Below, in pieces: positions 25,970 to 36,334 of a DNA stretch of 64,000 nt. The notes beneath the pieces are model-generated. The model had not been told where the DNA came from, did no database searches, and saw only the letters and a list, made by a program, of their open reading frames with translations. Numbering within the stretch: position 1 is the stretch's first letter; each line of letters starts with the position of its first letter. The stretch is from Thermodesulfovibrionia bacterium (GTDB lineage Bacteria; Nitrospirota; Thermodesulfovibrionia; JACRGW01), in assembly GCA_919902995.1 (NCBI GenBank), contig CAKKSD010000050.1, positions 14,499 to 78,498 on the forward strand. Reading direction: 5' to 3'. The position numbers and the translations under genes are program-made.

Positions 25970-27234
25970 AGTTTCGTTATCCTTACCCTCTCGATCTTTC
26001 TTCCTTCCATTTCGAGGACGAGGAATCTCAGGTCATGGTAGCGGAGTTGTTCTCCGACCTTAGGAAGTCTTCCAAAGAGACCGAAAAGGAATCCACCGAT
26101 TGTATTGAAGTCTTCACTCTTGAGATCGATACCTGCAAGCTCGTTCACCTCATCAAGTCCTGTAGAGCCGGAAACTATAAAGGTTCTCTCATCGATTATC
26201 TCGACCTCTTTTTCGGCCTCCATCTCCTCGAACTCATCCTGAAGACCTCCGACTATCTCCTCAATAAGGTCTTCGAGGGTAATAAGCCCTGCTGTTCCTC
26301 CGTATTCGTCCACTACTATTGCTATCTGGAACTTACTCTTCTGCATCTCATCAAGGAGTTCAGTAACCATCTTATTCTCAGGAATATAGTAGGCCTCTCT
26401 TATTAGGTTCGTTATGGGGTCATCTGTCTCGAGCTTTTCCTCTGCCATCTTAATCAATATGTCTTTCACATAGAGTATTCCGGTTATATTATCGACAGTA
26501 TCCCTGATTACGGGATAACGGGAATACCCCTCCTTAGATACGAGTTCAAGGGCATCTGCGACTGTCGAACCCTCGGGTATTGATACTATCTCTGTTCTCG
26601 GTACCATCGCCTCAGATACCATTGTATCCCCGAACTCGAAGACCTTATGTAGCATCTCTTTTTCCTCTTCTTCGAGTGCCCCTTCCTCCTTTCCGATACT
26701 TATCATTGCCTTTATCTCTTCTTCTGTCACAAAAGGTATTCCTGGCTTTTTGCTTAACCCAAAAAGTTTCATAATGAGGTTCATAAACTTAGCGAACCCC
26801 CAGACTACAGGTCTCATCAGGAGCATGAGGAATTCTGTAAGGGTAGACAGACTGAGGGCGACCTTCTCGGAATATGATACGGCAATGGTCTTAGGTGTGA
26901 ACTCCCCGAATATAACTGTAAGGATTGTCATAACGATAGTTGCGATGGCTACCCCGTCTTTACCGAAGAGGTTGAGTGCAACGGCTGTAGCCGAGGAAGT
27001 GGCAAGGACTGTAAAGAAATTTCCGCCGAGGATTACTGTCCCGAAAAAACGGTCATGCTGATCTATAATCTTCTGGACTGTCTTTGCCTTTTTATCCCCT
27101 TTTTCTATGAGGTTCCTTATCCTGAACTTATTAACAGCAATCATAGATGCCTCTGATGCTGAGAGGAGGGCAATAAACAAGAGGCATATAAGGACGAGGA
27201 TAAGATTTACTATATCAAAATGGCTGAAGATCAT
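25966..27234 (-). CDS. HlyC/CorC family transporter (DUF21-CBS pair-CorC_HlyC)
   Basis: 422 aa with an N-terminal 4-TM DUF21, two CBS domains and a C-terminal transporter-associated domain. Confidence 0.8.
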   Translation of the reverse strand: MIFSHFDIVNLILVLICLLFIALLSASEASMIAVNKFRIRNLIEKGDKKAKTVQKIIDQHDRFFGTVILGGNFFTVLATSSATAVALNLFGKDGVAIATIVMTILTVIFGEFTPKTIAVSYSEKVALSLSTLTEFLMLLMRPVVWGFAKFMNLIMKLFGLSKKPGIPFVTEEEIKAMISIGKEEGALEEEEKEMLHKVFEFGDTMVSEAMVPRTEIVSIPEGSTVADALELVSKEGYSRYPVIRDTVDNITGILYVKDILIKMAEEKLETDDPITNLIREAYYIPENKMVTELLDEMQKSKFQIAIVVDEYGGTAGLITLEDLIEEIVGGLQDEFEEMEAEKEVEIIDERTFIVSGSTGLDEVNELAGIDLKSEDFNTIGGFLFGLFGRLPKVGEQLRYHDLRFLVLEMEGRKIERVRITKL

Positions 27235-27281
27235 TTTATTTATATTGTCTATTGGAAACCGTAGATTTTAAATTTTCAATT

Positions 27282-28361
27282 TTAAAGGTTCAATTTTTTT
27301 ATGATCGCCTCTGCAACCTGCGAGGTGCTTGCTGCCTCTGGGTCATCAGGGTTCGGTTTCATGTCGTATGTGACCCATCTCCCTTCTGAGAGGACAGAAG
27401 TTATAGCATTCTCGACCTTATCGGCAGCAGATTTTTCGCCGAGATGTCTGAGCATCATAACCCCTGAGAGAATCATTGCTATAGGGTTCACCTTATTCAT
27501 ACCTTTATATTTAGGGGCGCTTCCATGGGTGGGCTCGAATATAGCCATCTCCTTTCCGATATTTGCACCTGGTGAAACTCCAAGACCACCTATGAGACCT
27601 GCGGCGAGGTCGGATATAATATCCCCATAGAGGTTTGGCATGACCATGACATCGTAAAGTTCAGGTTTACTGACAAGCTGCATACACATATTGTCTACTA
27701 TCCTGTCCTCAAATTCAATTGAAGGATATCCCTTAGCTACTTCTCTCGCAACCTCAAGAAAAAGGCCATCAGTAGTCTTCATGATATTTGCCTTGTGAAC
27801 AGCGGTGACCTTCCGCCTGTTATATTTTCTGGCATAATCAAAGGCAAACCTTACTATCCTCTCGGAGCCGTAGAAAGATATAGGTTTAAGACTTATTGCG
27901 GCATCATCCCTGATGGTTATCCCGGTGCTTTTTTTTATGGTCTCCATGATAGCCCTTGCTCCTTCAGAGCCTCTTTCAAACTCAATTCCAGAGTAAAGAT
28001 CTTCTGTGTTCTCCCTCACTATAATAAGGTCCACACTTTCGAAACGTGACTTTACACCTGGATAGAGCTTGCAGGGTCTGAGACAGCAGTAAAGGTCAAG
28101 GGTCTTTCTCAATGTTACATTTACACTCCTGAAACCGGTTCCAACAGGGGTTGTTATGGGTCCCTTCAGTCCCACCTTATTTTTTCTCAGGGATTCGATT
28201 ATACCTTCTGGCAGAGGGTTCCCTGTCTTCTCGAAGACTTCTATGCCGGCAAACTGAATATCCCAGTCAAACCTTACTCCTGTAGCCTCAAGGACAAGTT
28301 TCGTTGCTTCGGTGATCTCTGGTCCTACGCCATCACCAGGGATGAGAGTAACTTTATGCAT
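27282..28361 (-). CDS. Isocitrate/isopropylmalate dehydrogenase family enzyme (likely NAD-dependent isocitrate dehydrogenase)
   Basis: 359 aa. The N-terminus [13 protein letters not shown] and the NLYGDIISD motif match the family. Confidence 0.7.
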   Translation of the reverse strand: MHKVTLIPGDGVGPEITEATKLVLEATGVRFDWDIQFAGIEVFEKTGNPLPEGIIESLRKNKVGLKGPITTPVGTGFRSVNVTLRKTLDLYCCLRPCKLYPGVKSRFESVDLIIVRENTEDLYSGIEFERGSEGARAIMETIKKSTGITIRDDAAISLKPISFYGSERIVRFAFDYARKYNRRKVTAVHKANIMKTTDGLFLEVAREVAKGYPSIEFEDRIVDNMCMQLVSKPELYDVMVMPNLYGDIISDLAAGLIGGLGVSPGANIGKEMAIFEPTHGSAPKYKGMNKVNPIAMILSGVMMLRHLGEKSAADKVENAITSVLSEGRWVTYDMKPNPDDPEAASTSQVAEAIIKKLNL

Positions 28362-28368
28362 TATCTTT

Positions 28369-29607
28369 CTATGGGGTTACAGTCATTATCTTTCTTGCAA
28401 CTTCGGGATGGGTTGCAATAAGCCTCAGTTCGTCATCGGTAAGAGGTTTCTGAGTATGGAGGTTTGCATACTGGACGAGCTCCAGCACCTTCCTTGCCTC
28501 TTTGTCATCATGAAAATGGATGCCGAGCTTGTCATAGACATGTCTGAAGCCTTTGATGCCGCCGTATTCTCCGGTTGTTATGATCCTTCCTGTTTCGAGG
28601 AGTTCCGGTTCACCTCTACCGACATCCTCAGGGTCATACAACTCATAATTCCTCCTGTCTTTTAAAGCCCCATCAGCATGTATACCAGACTCATGGGCAA
28701 AGGCATTGGCTCCAACACCGGGTTGATTTATCGGAATAGGTAGATTGAAGGCATATGATGCGTACCTCGCAAGCTTCCATGTCTTTTTCAAATCAACATG
28801 TTCATCAAGATGGACCTTTTCGGTCAAACCATGGGAGAATTTGAGTGCAAGGATGGTGGAAACGAGGTCACAGTTACCACAGCGCTCACCATAGCCGTTG
28901 ATTGTTGTATTTATATAGGCATCAACGCCACCTTCGATAGCACCCTGGGCACCTGCCACTGATACAGCCTCAGCCATACCGAGGTCATTATGACAGTGCA
29001 TCTCGATGGGAAACCTGGCTGCCATTGCAAGTGCCTTGATCCTTTCATATATGGTTATCGAGTCATCTGCACCGAGGGTATCACAGTATCTGAAGCGGTC
29101 AGCACCTGCTTCTTTTCCTGCATGGGCAAATTCTATCAGTTTGTCAAGCTCTGTCCTCGATGCGTCCTCTGCATTAATCCCTATAGTTTCCACACCCAGT
29201 TCTTTTGCAACCTTCACAGCATCGACAGCTGATTTGATGATGTCCCTGAATACCTTTCTTCCCTGAAACTTTCCCTGAATCATTATCTCAGATGTGGATA
29301 TAGAGATGTTCAGATGTTTTATCTCGGGACAGTTTTTGAATGTGAGCTTTACATCCTCAGGGATCGCCCTGCACCAGCCTTCAAGATGGAGCCTCTTAAT
29401 GACTCCGTTTTTCACAAGTTCGAGATTACCGTTAATATAGTTTATCTCATGTTTTATTGTAGGGAAACCGATCTCGCTCTGATAAATACCCATATCATCG
29501 AGATAGATATTCAGCATGGTCTTCGATAGTTTCGGCAGAAGTATTCTCGATGTCTGCACCCCATCCCTGTTCGTAACGTCTATAATGTAAATCTTTTTCT
29601 TTTCCAT
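28369..29607 (-). CDS. Homocitrate synthase / 2-isopropylmalate synthase family enzyme, candidate Re-citrate synthase
   Basis: HMGL-like TIM barrel (IIDVTNRDG ... HCHNDLGMA ... HESGIH). The start is chosen at MEKKK (29607), which has GGAG upstream. The ORF-track start at 29676 adds 23 aa with no SD. Confidence 0.65.
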   Translation of the reverse strand: MEKKKIYIIDVTNRDGVQTSRILLPKLSKTMLNIYLDDMGIYQSEIGFPTIKHEINYINGNLELVKNGVIKRLHLEGWCRAIPEDVKLTFKNCPEIKHLNISISTSEIMIQGKFQGRKVFRDIIKSAVDAVKVAKELGVETIGINAEDASRTELDKLIEFAHAGKEAGADRFRYCDTLGADDSITIYERIKALAMAARFPIEMHCHNDLGMAEAVSVAGAQGAIEGGVDAYINTTINGYGERCGNCDLVSTILALKFSHGLTEKVHLDEHVDLKKTWKLARYASYAFNLPIPINQPGVGANAFAHESGIHADGALKDRRNYELYDPEDVGRGEPELLETGRIITTGEYGGIKGFRHVYDKLGIHFHDDKEARKVLELVQYANLHTQKPLTDDELRLIATHPEVARKIMTVTP

Positions 29608-29714
29608 ATTTTCTTTAATCTCCAGAATTGGCTTGGTTTCAATTTTTAAAATAACATAACTACAGAGGTTTTTCAATACATCTTCAGGGACTATAGGAAA
29701 AGATCCAACCTGTC

Positions 29715-31172
29715 TTAAACAGGGATTGTCTTTTTTTCTATGAGTCTGAGAGCTACTTCAGCAATAGAGGGATCGAACTGGGTCTTTGAAAATTTCCTGA
29801 GTTCTTTGATTACCCTTGTTATAGAGAGGACATCCCTGTAGTATCTCTTTGAGGTCATAGCCTCGATGGTATCTGCAACACAGAGAATCCTTGCCCCAAG
29901 AAATATCTCTTCTCCCTTCAGACCATCAGGATAACCTTTTCCATCATAACGTTCGTGGTGGTGACGGATAGATTTTGTGATTTCTTCCGAGAAACCTATT
30001 GGTTGAAGTATCCTTTCCCCGTGGAGCGGATGCTCTTTCATTATATTATACTCTTTGTTGGTGAGCTTACCGGGTTTATAGAGTACCTGCTCTTTAATCC
30101 CTATCTTTCCTACATCATGGAGGATACCGGCTATATGCATCTCTTCTATCTTTTCTTTTGACAGTCCCATCTCCCCAGCTATTGCGATGGCATATTTTGC
30201 AACCTGTGCCGAATGGCCTTTTGTATAAGGATCTTTTGCCTCTATTGCGGCAGCGAGGGCCGAAATGGTCTTAAAGTAATTTTCTCTGATCTCTTCATAG
30301 AGTTTGTTGTTTTCCAGAGAGACAGTCAGCTGTCCTGCAATAATCGAGAATAGATCGAGATCGCCCTTTGTAAAGGGAGAGAGCTGGTCAATCTTGCTGA
30401 TGTTTATGACGCCGAGGTTTTTCCCCTTTATTATAAGAGGCACACACATGCCTGCATTTATTTCGTGAAGTCCTATTGCGTCTTTTAATGCAGGATTGCT
30501 ATAGCCTTCATTATTAACGACAATTCCTTCACCTGTTCGTAAAACCCAGCCCGAAATACCTTCCCCTATCCCTGTCCTTGACCCTTTTACCCTTTCAGAA
30601 AACATTCCGCTCGATGCCCTTACAACAAGCTCCTGTGTACCCTCGTCTAAAAGCATTATTGAGATCCTGTCTGCCTTAATCTCTGAAAGTGCAACCTTCA
30701 TTATTGCATCGAATATATCATCCTGCCGCATGTCCTTAATCAATACCCTATTGACCTCAAGGAGTGGTATCAGTGCTTTCAACCGCATATTCTCCTTTAT
30801 AAGGCGTCCCTTCTCAAGGGCATTTTCAACCATATTTATCAATTCATTGCGTTTGAATGGCTTAAGGACAAAACCTTCTATTCCCATTTTTAAAGACTCT
30901 ATGGCTGATTCTATGGTTCCCTGACCGGTAATTACCACAGTCGTTATATCATCCCTAATCTTCTTTACAGCCTGATAGACCTCCAGGCCACTCATTCCGG
31001 GCATATTCAGATCAGTGAGAAGCAGATCAAAGGAATTCCTTTTTGCCTCTTCTACCGCTTTGGTACCCTCATTAACAGTAGTAACATCATAGCCTTCTTC
31101 GATAAGTATCTGGGCACAGAGGTTACCAACTACTTCTTCGTCATCAACAACTAAAACCGTTCTCTTATTCAA
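29715..31172 (-). CDS. Response regulator with REC-GAF-HD-GYP architecture (c-di-GMP phosphodiesterase)
   Basis: The REC domain has the phospho-acceptor D in LLLTDLNMPGMSG. The HD-GYP domain has HDVGK and HHERYDGKGYP. Confidence 0.8.
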   Translation of the reverse strand: MNKRTVLVVDDEEVVGNLCAQILIEEGYDVTTVNEGTKAVEEAKRNSFDLLLTDLNMPGMSGLEVYQAVKKIRDDITTVVITGQGTIESAIESLKMGIEGFVLKPFKRNELINMVENALEKGRLIKENMRLKALIPLLEVNRVLIKDMRQDDIFDAIMKVALSEIKADRISIMLLDEGTQELVVRASSGMFSERVKGSRTGIGEGISGWVLRTGEGIVVNNEGYSNPALKDAIGLHEINAGMCVPLIIKGKNLGVINISKIDQLSPFTKGDLDLFSIIAGQLTVSLENNKLYEEIRENYFKTISALAAAIEAKDPYTKGHSAQVAKYAIAIAGEMGLSKEKIEEMHIAGILHDVGKIGIKEQVLYKPGKLTNKEYNIMKEHPLHGERILQPIGFSEEITKSIRHHHERYDGKGYPDGLKGEEIFLGARILCVADTIEAMTSKRYYRDVLSITRVIKELRKFSKTQFDPSIAEVALRLIEKKTIPV

Positions 31173-31210
31173 TGCCTATCACTCATTAAATTTCAATATC
31201 ATTTTATTTC

Positions 31211-32182
31211 TTACCATCCAATATTACCTGTAAAGAAGTAAATGGCTGTAAAGACAGAGATGGCAGCAATCCATCCCAGAAAGGCGATAATCAATGGTCT
31301 GGGTCCTTCTTCAATTACTGCTTCTAAATCGATTGAAAGGCCGATGCTTGCAATAGCGATACTGAATATAAAAGTAATAAAGGGTTCTATCTTTACGCTT
31401 AAGGTGTTTAGGTCTGGAATGATATTAAAGAGGATCGCTGTCAGAATGAATGTTAATATAAACCATGGTGTATAGTAGCTTTTTTCTTTTCTTACCTTTT
31501 TGTAGGTTAGGGATAGTGTAAGTGCGAGAGGGGCCAACATCGCTACCCTGAGTAGCTTTACCTGAAGGGCCTCTTTAAAGACCCCTAAGGCAGAGGCAGC
31601 CAGCTTTACCTGTCCGATCTGCTGTAATGTAGACCCACACAGAAAGGCATAAGCTTCTAAAGGAATTGAAAACCATCCCTGGATAACAGGATAAAAGATA
31701 ACACCTGTCAGGCCTACGATCGTGATGGATATCAGGGAAATTGAGGTCTCTTCCTTTCTGGCTGCTATTACAGGTGAAAGTACAACTATAGCAGATGCCC
31801 CGCATATCACTGAACCGCAGGCAATGAGCAGTCCTGTATTCTTCGATATTGAAAGTCTTCTTGAAAGCCAGAGTATAACTGTGAAGTAAATCGCTATCAA
31901 GAAGATTACTCTAAAGGAATTATAATAGGGTAGAAGGGTATAGAAATTTAATTGACTTCCGTATAAGGTAATCCCAAGAGGAATAAAGACTCTCGAAGCT
32001 AATTTTATCCCCTTTTCTACAGGTTCTCGTTCCCTGATGAGATTTCCCAGGATGATACCCAGAAGGATGGCAACAACCAGGGAATCGAGTGCTGGATGGA
32101 AACTCGAAAAAAGATAGGCGATTGTTGCTATAAAGACAGGAAGGGAAAGCCCTTTAATGTAGGATTTGATTGTATCATTCAC
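31211..32182 (-). CDS. YeiH/UPF0324 family putative sulfate exporter membrane protein
   Basis: 323 aa, multi-TM, with an N-terminus typical of YeiH-like proteins. Confidence 0.65.
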   Translation of the reverse strand: MNDTIKSYIKGLSLPVFIATIAYLFSSFHPALDSLVVAILLGIILGNLIREREPVEKGIKLASRVFIPLGITLYGSQLNFYTLLPYYNSFRVIFLIAIYFTVILWLSRRLSISKNTGLLIACGSVICGASAIVVLSPVIAARKEETSISLISITIVGLTGVIFYPVIQGWFSIPLEAYAFLCGSTLQQIGQVKLAASALGVFKEALQVKLLRVAMLAPLALTLSLTYKKVRKEKSYYTPWFILTFILTAILFNIIPDLNTLSVKIEPFITFIFSIAIASIGLSIDLEAVIEEGPRPLIIAFLGWIAAISVFTAIYFFTGNIGW

Positions 32183-32196
32183 AGCAAGATACCTAA

Positions 32197-32535
32197 TTAT
32201 ATCCCTGCCTTATCTTTTTCCTTTATGAGTCGCTCTTTCTCCTTTTCCATTGCCTCTTTTCCCGCCTCTATAGCGGTAGTAATGATAGACTTTTTCTCTC
32301 CCATCAATCCCTTTCCTTCTTCGATTGCAGAATTTACTTTTTCTTTGATCTGATCTGCATACCGGGATGCCTTCTCCGTTACATCTTCAGTTAATCCCTT
32401 CAGTTTTTCCATCGTCTCTTTCCCTGACTGGGGAGCCAGGAGCAGGGCTAATCCAGCACCTATAGCCCCACCAAAAATAAATGCCATAAATACCGTTCCC
32501 GCAGAGAAACCTCTGTCATCTCCCATCTTTGTCAC
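32197..32535 (-). CDS. YtxH domain protein
   Basis: 112 aa with an N-terminal TM followed by a long Lys/Glu-rich helix. It overlaps the upstream DUF948 gene. Confidence 0.55.
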   Translation of the reverse strand: MTKMGDDRGFSAGTVFMAFIFGGAIGAGLALLLAPQSGKETMEKLKGLTEDVTEKASRYADQIKEKVNSAIEEGKGLMGEKKSIITTAIEAGKEAMEKEKERLIKEKDKAGI

Positions 32536-32917
32536 CTCCTTTTAAAAATCCCTTTAAGAAAACAATCAATCCCTTTCTGATACCGAATCCCAATGCGGTT
32601 AAAGTTATAAGTAATGTATTACCTGTGTTCCTTACGACTGAATTTATTGATTTGATGGTCTTTCCTGTATCTTCTATTATTTCCAGGAAGTTAAGCATCT
32701 TATCCACACCTTCCCTTGCCCCTGTAGAAATTCTATTAGCCTGAGAGGCAGTCTCTTTTAGTTCCTTTATGAGAGGTCCCAGGTTTTCTTCTGTATTATC
32801 AAAAAACCTCCTGACTGAGATGGCTGTTTTCTTCAACTCTTTAACCATAGGTATGAGATAAATTGTTAAGGCTAATAGAGCTATCGTAACCGTTACTGCT
32901 AAGATGTCATATAGCAA
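32516..32917 (-). CDS. DUF948 domain membrane protein
   Basis: 133 aa with an N-terminal TM and a helical DUF948-like region. The pairing with YtxH is commonly conserved. Confidence 0.5.
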   Translation of the reverse strand: MLYDILAVTVTIALLALTIYLIPMVKELKKTAISVRRFFDNTEENLGPLIKELKETASQANRISTGAREGVDKMLNFLEIIEDTGKTIKSINSVVRNTGNTLLITLTALGFGIRKGLIVFLKGFLKGGDKDGR

Positions 32918-33034
32918 GATTTATTCCCTCAGAATATATCGATTACCTTTGAACTTTGAGCATTATATCTCTTTGAGAATGGATACTGTTAATTTATAGA
33001 CTATACCATATGGCTCTATACTTTTCAAATCGCT

Positions 33035-34000
33035 TTACAATCGTATCTCTATAAAGGAATTGTCCCTGAGGCTGCTTATCCATTCCCTGTATCTATTTTC
33101 AGCCTCCTTCTCTATAAGGACTTTTCTTATTTCCTCCTTGACCTCTTCTAAAGGTCTGTAGTTGCCTTCAGCCCTTTCCTCGATCTTGAGGATATGAACA
33201 CCGTCTGAAGTCCAGATAGGGTCACTCATCTCACCGCTTTTCAGTGAAAAAGCTATCTTTTCAAGTTCTGGTGTCATCTCTCCCTTTCTGAGGATTCCGA
33301 GACTGCCGCCAGAGCCTGCAGTAGGACCCTGCGAATAAACCCTTGCGAGTTCTCCAAAGTCATCCCCGCCCTTGAGTTTTTTCAGGATTCCTTCGAGGAT
33401 TACTTTAATTTCATCTCTTTCCTTTTCCCCTGCCTTCTCAGGGATTTTTAAGAATATATGGCTCGCCTTTACATGATCTATAAGGAGATAATCTTTCTTA
33501 TTATTTTCATAGAACAATGCTATATCCTTCTCGGCTATTACCACCTTTGATCTCACCTCATGGTTAAAAAGTTTAGTCATTATTAACTGATTCCTGAGCT
33601 GTTCTTCATATTCCTTAAGGGTCATATTTTCTTTTGCCAGAGCCTTTTCGAAGTTGGCATCATCGAGGGCGTTTTTCTTTTTTATTCCCTCAATGGCTTC
33701 CTTCACCTCCTCTTTTGAGACATTTATCCCCAGTCTCTTAGCCGTCTGGAGCTGAAGGCGCCTTTCTATAAGTTCCTTCAGGACCTCTTTTCTGAGTTTT
33801 TCTTCAACCTTCAGTTTTTTATCATCACCGATACCTTTCATGGCTTCCTTAGATTCGATGGAAACAATCTTCTCCAGCTCACCCAGTGTGATAATCTCGT
33901 TATTTACGATAGCCACAATCCTGTCAATCTCGATGCCACCATAAGAGGCTGTGACATAAACACAGAATATAGTTAATACAATCATAAAGATACTTTTCAT
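33035..34000 (-). CDS. SurA/PrsA-like periplasmic chaperone with parvulin PPIase domain
   Basis: Signal peptide, a SurA_N-like region, and a parvulin domain (ASHIFLK ... SDPIWTSDGVHILKIE). Confidence 0.75.
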   Translation of the reverse strand: MKSIFMIVLTIFCVYVTASYGGIEIDRIVAIVNNEIITLGELEKIVSIESKEAMKGIGDDKKLKVEEKLRKEVLKELIERRLQLQTAKRLGINVSKEEVKEAIEGIKKKNALDDANFEKALAKENMTLKEYEEQLRNQLIMTKLFNHEVRSKVVIAEKDIALFYENNKKDYLLIDHVKASHIFLKIPEKAGEKERDEIKVILEGILKKLKGGDDFGELARVYSQGPTAGSGGSLGILRKGEMTPELEKIAFSLKSGEMSDPIWTSDGVHILKIEERAEGNYRPLEEVKEEIRKVLIEKEAENRYREWISSLRDNSFIEIRL

Positions 34001-34090
34001 AAAACGGCTCCTTTAAATTGGATCTCCCCGCAGCAAACTGCGGGGAATCTTCGAAATGTGACGACAAAGCAAACTTATTTCTTCAGTCTC

Positions 34091-34858
34091 TTATCTCAAA
34101 TAAATCCCTCCCAGGTAATATATAAAATGTCCTGTTATAGTAAGGTTCTCCAAATCCCAGTTTTCTGGCAAAGGCCAGAATGGGTCAGAATTTTTAAGGG
34201 CCTGCAGCGCTGCATCATCCAGGACTTTATAACCAGAAGACCTCAGGAGTTGGGCATCTCCTAATCTTCCATTCTTAAGGATTGCGAACCTTATATAGAG
34301 TTCTCCGGAGAGATGATTCAATCTTGCCATTTCCGGGTATTTCCAGATGAACTCAATACGGCTTTTGAGCCTTTCGAGATAGGATAGATACTTAAATTCA
34401 TCAGTATCGAGGGTGATACTTTTTTCTTTCTTTTTTAAATATGTGTCCTCAAATTTTGCAAACTTATCGAGATCCTTGTCTGTCAGAAGCGGAAGTCCCC
34501 TTATGCCCTTTTCTGAAGGACTACGGAGTGGAGGAGCAGGGGTGACAGACGGATTTTGGGCGCCTGATTTTTCCGATCCACTGCCTTCTGATCTCTTATT
34601 CTCTCCAGATTTCTCTGAAAGGTTCTGCAGGGATGGCATTATGGAGTCAAGGATTCCTTTACTTTTTGACTTTGCAATAGGATTTGTCTCAGCCTCCCTT
34701 TCAGGGAAGTTGCCCAGAAATGGAAGTTCTACAATCCGCACATAGGTCGGTCTGAACTCTTCTACCTTTTTCTGGAAATTTAACCTGAAAACAACCAGAA
34801 GGAAAAGGTGTAGAATTAGTGAAAGGATAATAAAATATTTGAACTTAATGTCTTCCAA
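34091..34858 (-). CDS. Energy transducer TonB-like protein
   Basis: N-terminal TM anchor, a Pro/Ser-rich linker, and a C-terminal TonB_C-like domain (GELYIRFAILKNGRLGDAQLLRSSGYKVLDDAALQAL). Confidence 0.6.
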   Translation of the reverse strand: MEDIKFKYFIILSLILHLFLLVVFRLNFQKKVEEFRPTYVRIVELPFLGNFPEREAETNPIAKSKSKGILDSIMPSLQNLSEKSGENKRSEGSGSEKSGAQNPSVTPAPPLRSPSEKGIRGLPLLTDKDLDKFAKFEDTYLKKKEKSITLDTDEFKYLSYLERLKSRIEFIWKYPEMARLNHLSGELYIRFAILKNGRLGDAQLLRSSGYKVLDDAALQALKNSDPFWPLPENWDLENLTITGHFIYYLGGIYLR

Positions 34859-34921
34859 AGAATGATCCCTTTAAGAATTATTCCTATAAGTAATGTAAAT
34901 TATACCATAAAGAATTTTTCC

Positions 34922-34950
34922 TTGACATATAAAAATAGATAAATTATTAT
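34922..34950 (+). promoter_or_regulatory. Sigma70-like promoter upstream of atpB (TTGACA-17-TATTAT)
   Basis: TTGACA at 34922-34927 and TATTAT at 34945-34950. Confidence 0.4.
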
Positions 34951-34989
34951 CCCCTCACTTTTGGGATCTATGAATTCTAATGTTTTAGT

Positions 34990-35676
34990 ATGGAAGAAGC
35001 GCCTTTAATATTCCATATAAATGGTGTCCCGCCTTATGTGACCTATTCCTGGGTTGCGATGGTTATTCTTATCGCCTTCTCTATCATTGTGAGGAAAAGA
35101 CTCGCACTCCTTCCTTCTGGAATTCAGAATGTTGCAGAGATTGCGATTGAGGGTCTCTATAACTTTACCGAGGGGAATATGGGCCATAGGGCTAACAGGA
35201 TTTTCTTCCCCTTAATAGGGACACTGGGTTTCTATATTCTTATATGTAATCTTATGGGCCTTGTACCTGGCTTTGAATCACCCACAAGTAATCTGAATAC
35301 GAATGCTGCCATGGCTGTCTGTGTGTTTCTTTCCACACATTTCCTCGGAATCAGGATCCATGGTTTAAAATACTTCGGACATTTTTTTGGACCAATAAGG
35401 TCCATACCGGCTATACCTCTTATGCTACTCATCTTCATTATCGAGATTATAGCCCATCTCGCAAGACCTGTCACCCTTTCTGTAAGGCTCTTCGGGAATA
35501 TGATCTCAAAACATATGATCCTTTTGATACTTGCTATACTTGTACCTATGATTTTACCAACTACCATCTTGGCTCTTGGTGTACTTGTGAGTGTGGTTCA
35601 GGCATTTGTTTTTCTCCTGCTGTCGACCCTTTATCTGGCAGGTGCCGCGGAGGCAGAAGAACATGAAGGAGATTAA
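34990..35676 (+). CDS. atpB: F0F1 ATP synthase subunit a
   Basis: 228 aa with 5-6 TMs and the conserved Arg in the LSVRLFGNM motif. Confidence 0.85.
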   Translation: MEEAPLIFHINGVPPYVTYSWVAMVILIAFSIIVRKRLALLPSGIQNVAEIAIEGLYNFTEGNMGHRANRIFFPLIGTLGFYILICNLMGLVPGFESPTSNLNTNAAMAVCVFLSTHFLGIRIHGLKYFGHFFGPIRSIPAIPLMLLIFIIEIIAHLARPVTLSVRLFGNMISKHMILLILAILVPMILPTTILALGVLVSVVQAFVFLLLSTLYLAGAAEAEEHEGD

Positions 35677-35700
35677 ATTCCTACGGAAAGGAGGAGAATT

Positions 35701-36048
35701 ATGAAAAAAACCTTAATAGTAACCCTCATCTTCTTAATCCTTTTTAGTTTTATGTCACCCTTAGCCTTCGCTCAAGAGGCTGCTAAATCTGAAGGAACGA
35801 TTAGTTACTTTACTATGGCGGTATTGGCCTGCGGTTTGGCAATAGGTATTGCTGCCTTTGGAACGGGCATTGCTCAGGGCATAGGCATCGGGAAGGCTGT
35901 TGAAGGAATTGCACGTAACCCAGGTGCCTCGGGTAAGATTACGATGACCCTTGTTATCGGCCTTGCTATGATAGAATCCCTCGCAATATACGCCCTCGTA
36001 GTTGTATTGATTGTCTTTTTCCTTGATCCATTTAAGTTTCTCAAATAA
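35701..36048 (+). CDS. atpE: F0F1 ATP synthase subunit c with N-terminal signal-peptide-like extension
   Basis: A hairpin of two TMs with GxGxGxG packing ([20 protein letters not shown]) and an ion-binding acidic residue in IESLAIYAL. It is preceded by [27 protein letters not shown]. Confidence 0.85.
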   Translation: MKKTLIVTLIFLILFSFMSPLAFAQEAAKSEGTISYFTMAVLACGLAIGIAAFGTGIAQGIGIGKAVEGIARNPGASGKITMTLVIGLAMIESLAIYALVVVLIVFFLDPFKFLK

Positions 36049-36054
36049 AGAATA

Positions 36055-36091
36055 GGGCAGGGAAATTTCTCCCTGCCTTCCCTTTCCTTCC
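36055..36091 (+). terminator. Terminator-like hairpin after atpE
   Basis: GGCAGGGA-aatttc-TCCCTGCC followed by ttccctttccttcc. Confidence 0.45.
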
Positions 36092-36129
36092 ATTCTTGAT
36101 AAGATTCAGAAAGAATGTTATAGTTCACT

Positions 36130-36294
36130 GACAGGCGAGACGCCTGTCCTACTGATGCTAAAACAATCACCCATATTTGGGTAGGACGGCCGTCTCGGCT
36201 GTCTGTTTTTCTGTCATTCCCACGGAAGTGGGCATCCAGAGAATAAATATTTGCTGGAGCTTAATAACTGGATTCCTGCCTTCGCAGGAATGAC
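36130..36294. repeat. Composite hairpin/repeat cluster between atpE and gltX
   Basis: GACAGGCG-aga-CGCCTGTC at 36130-36148. GTCCTAC...GTAGGAC at 36146-36187. GACGGCCGtctCGGCTGTC followed by TGTTTTTCT. Family units GTCATTCCCACGGAAGTGGGCATCCAG at 36213-36239 and CTGGATTCCTGCCTTCGCAGGAATGAC at 36268-36294. Confidence 0.6.
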
Positions 36295-36334
36295 GATATT
36301 ACTAAAGTCATTTGAAATAAATTAGAATGGTTTC

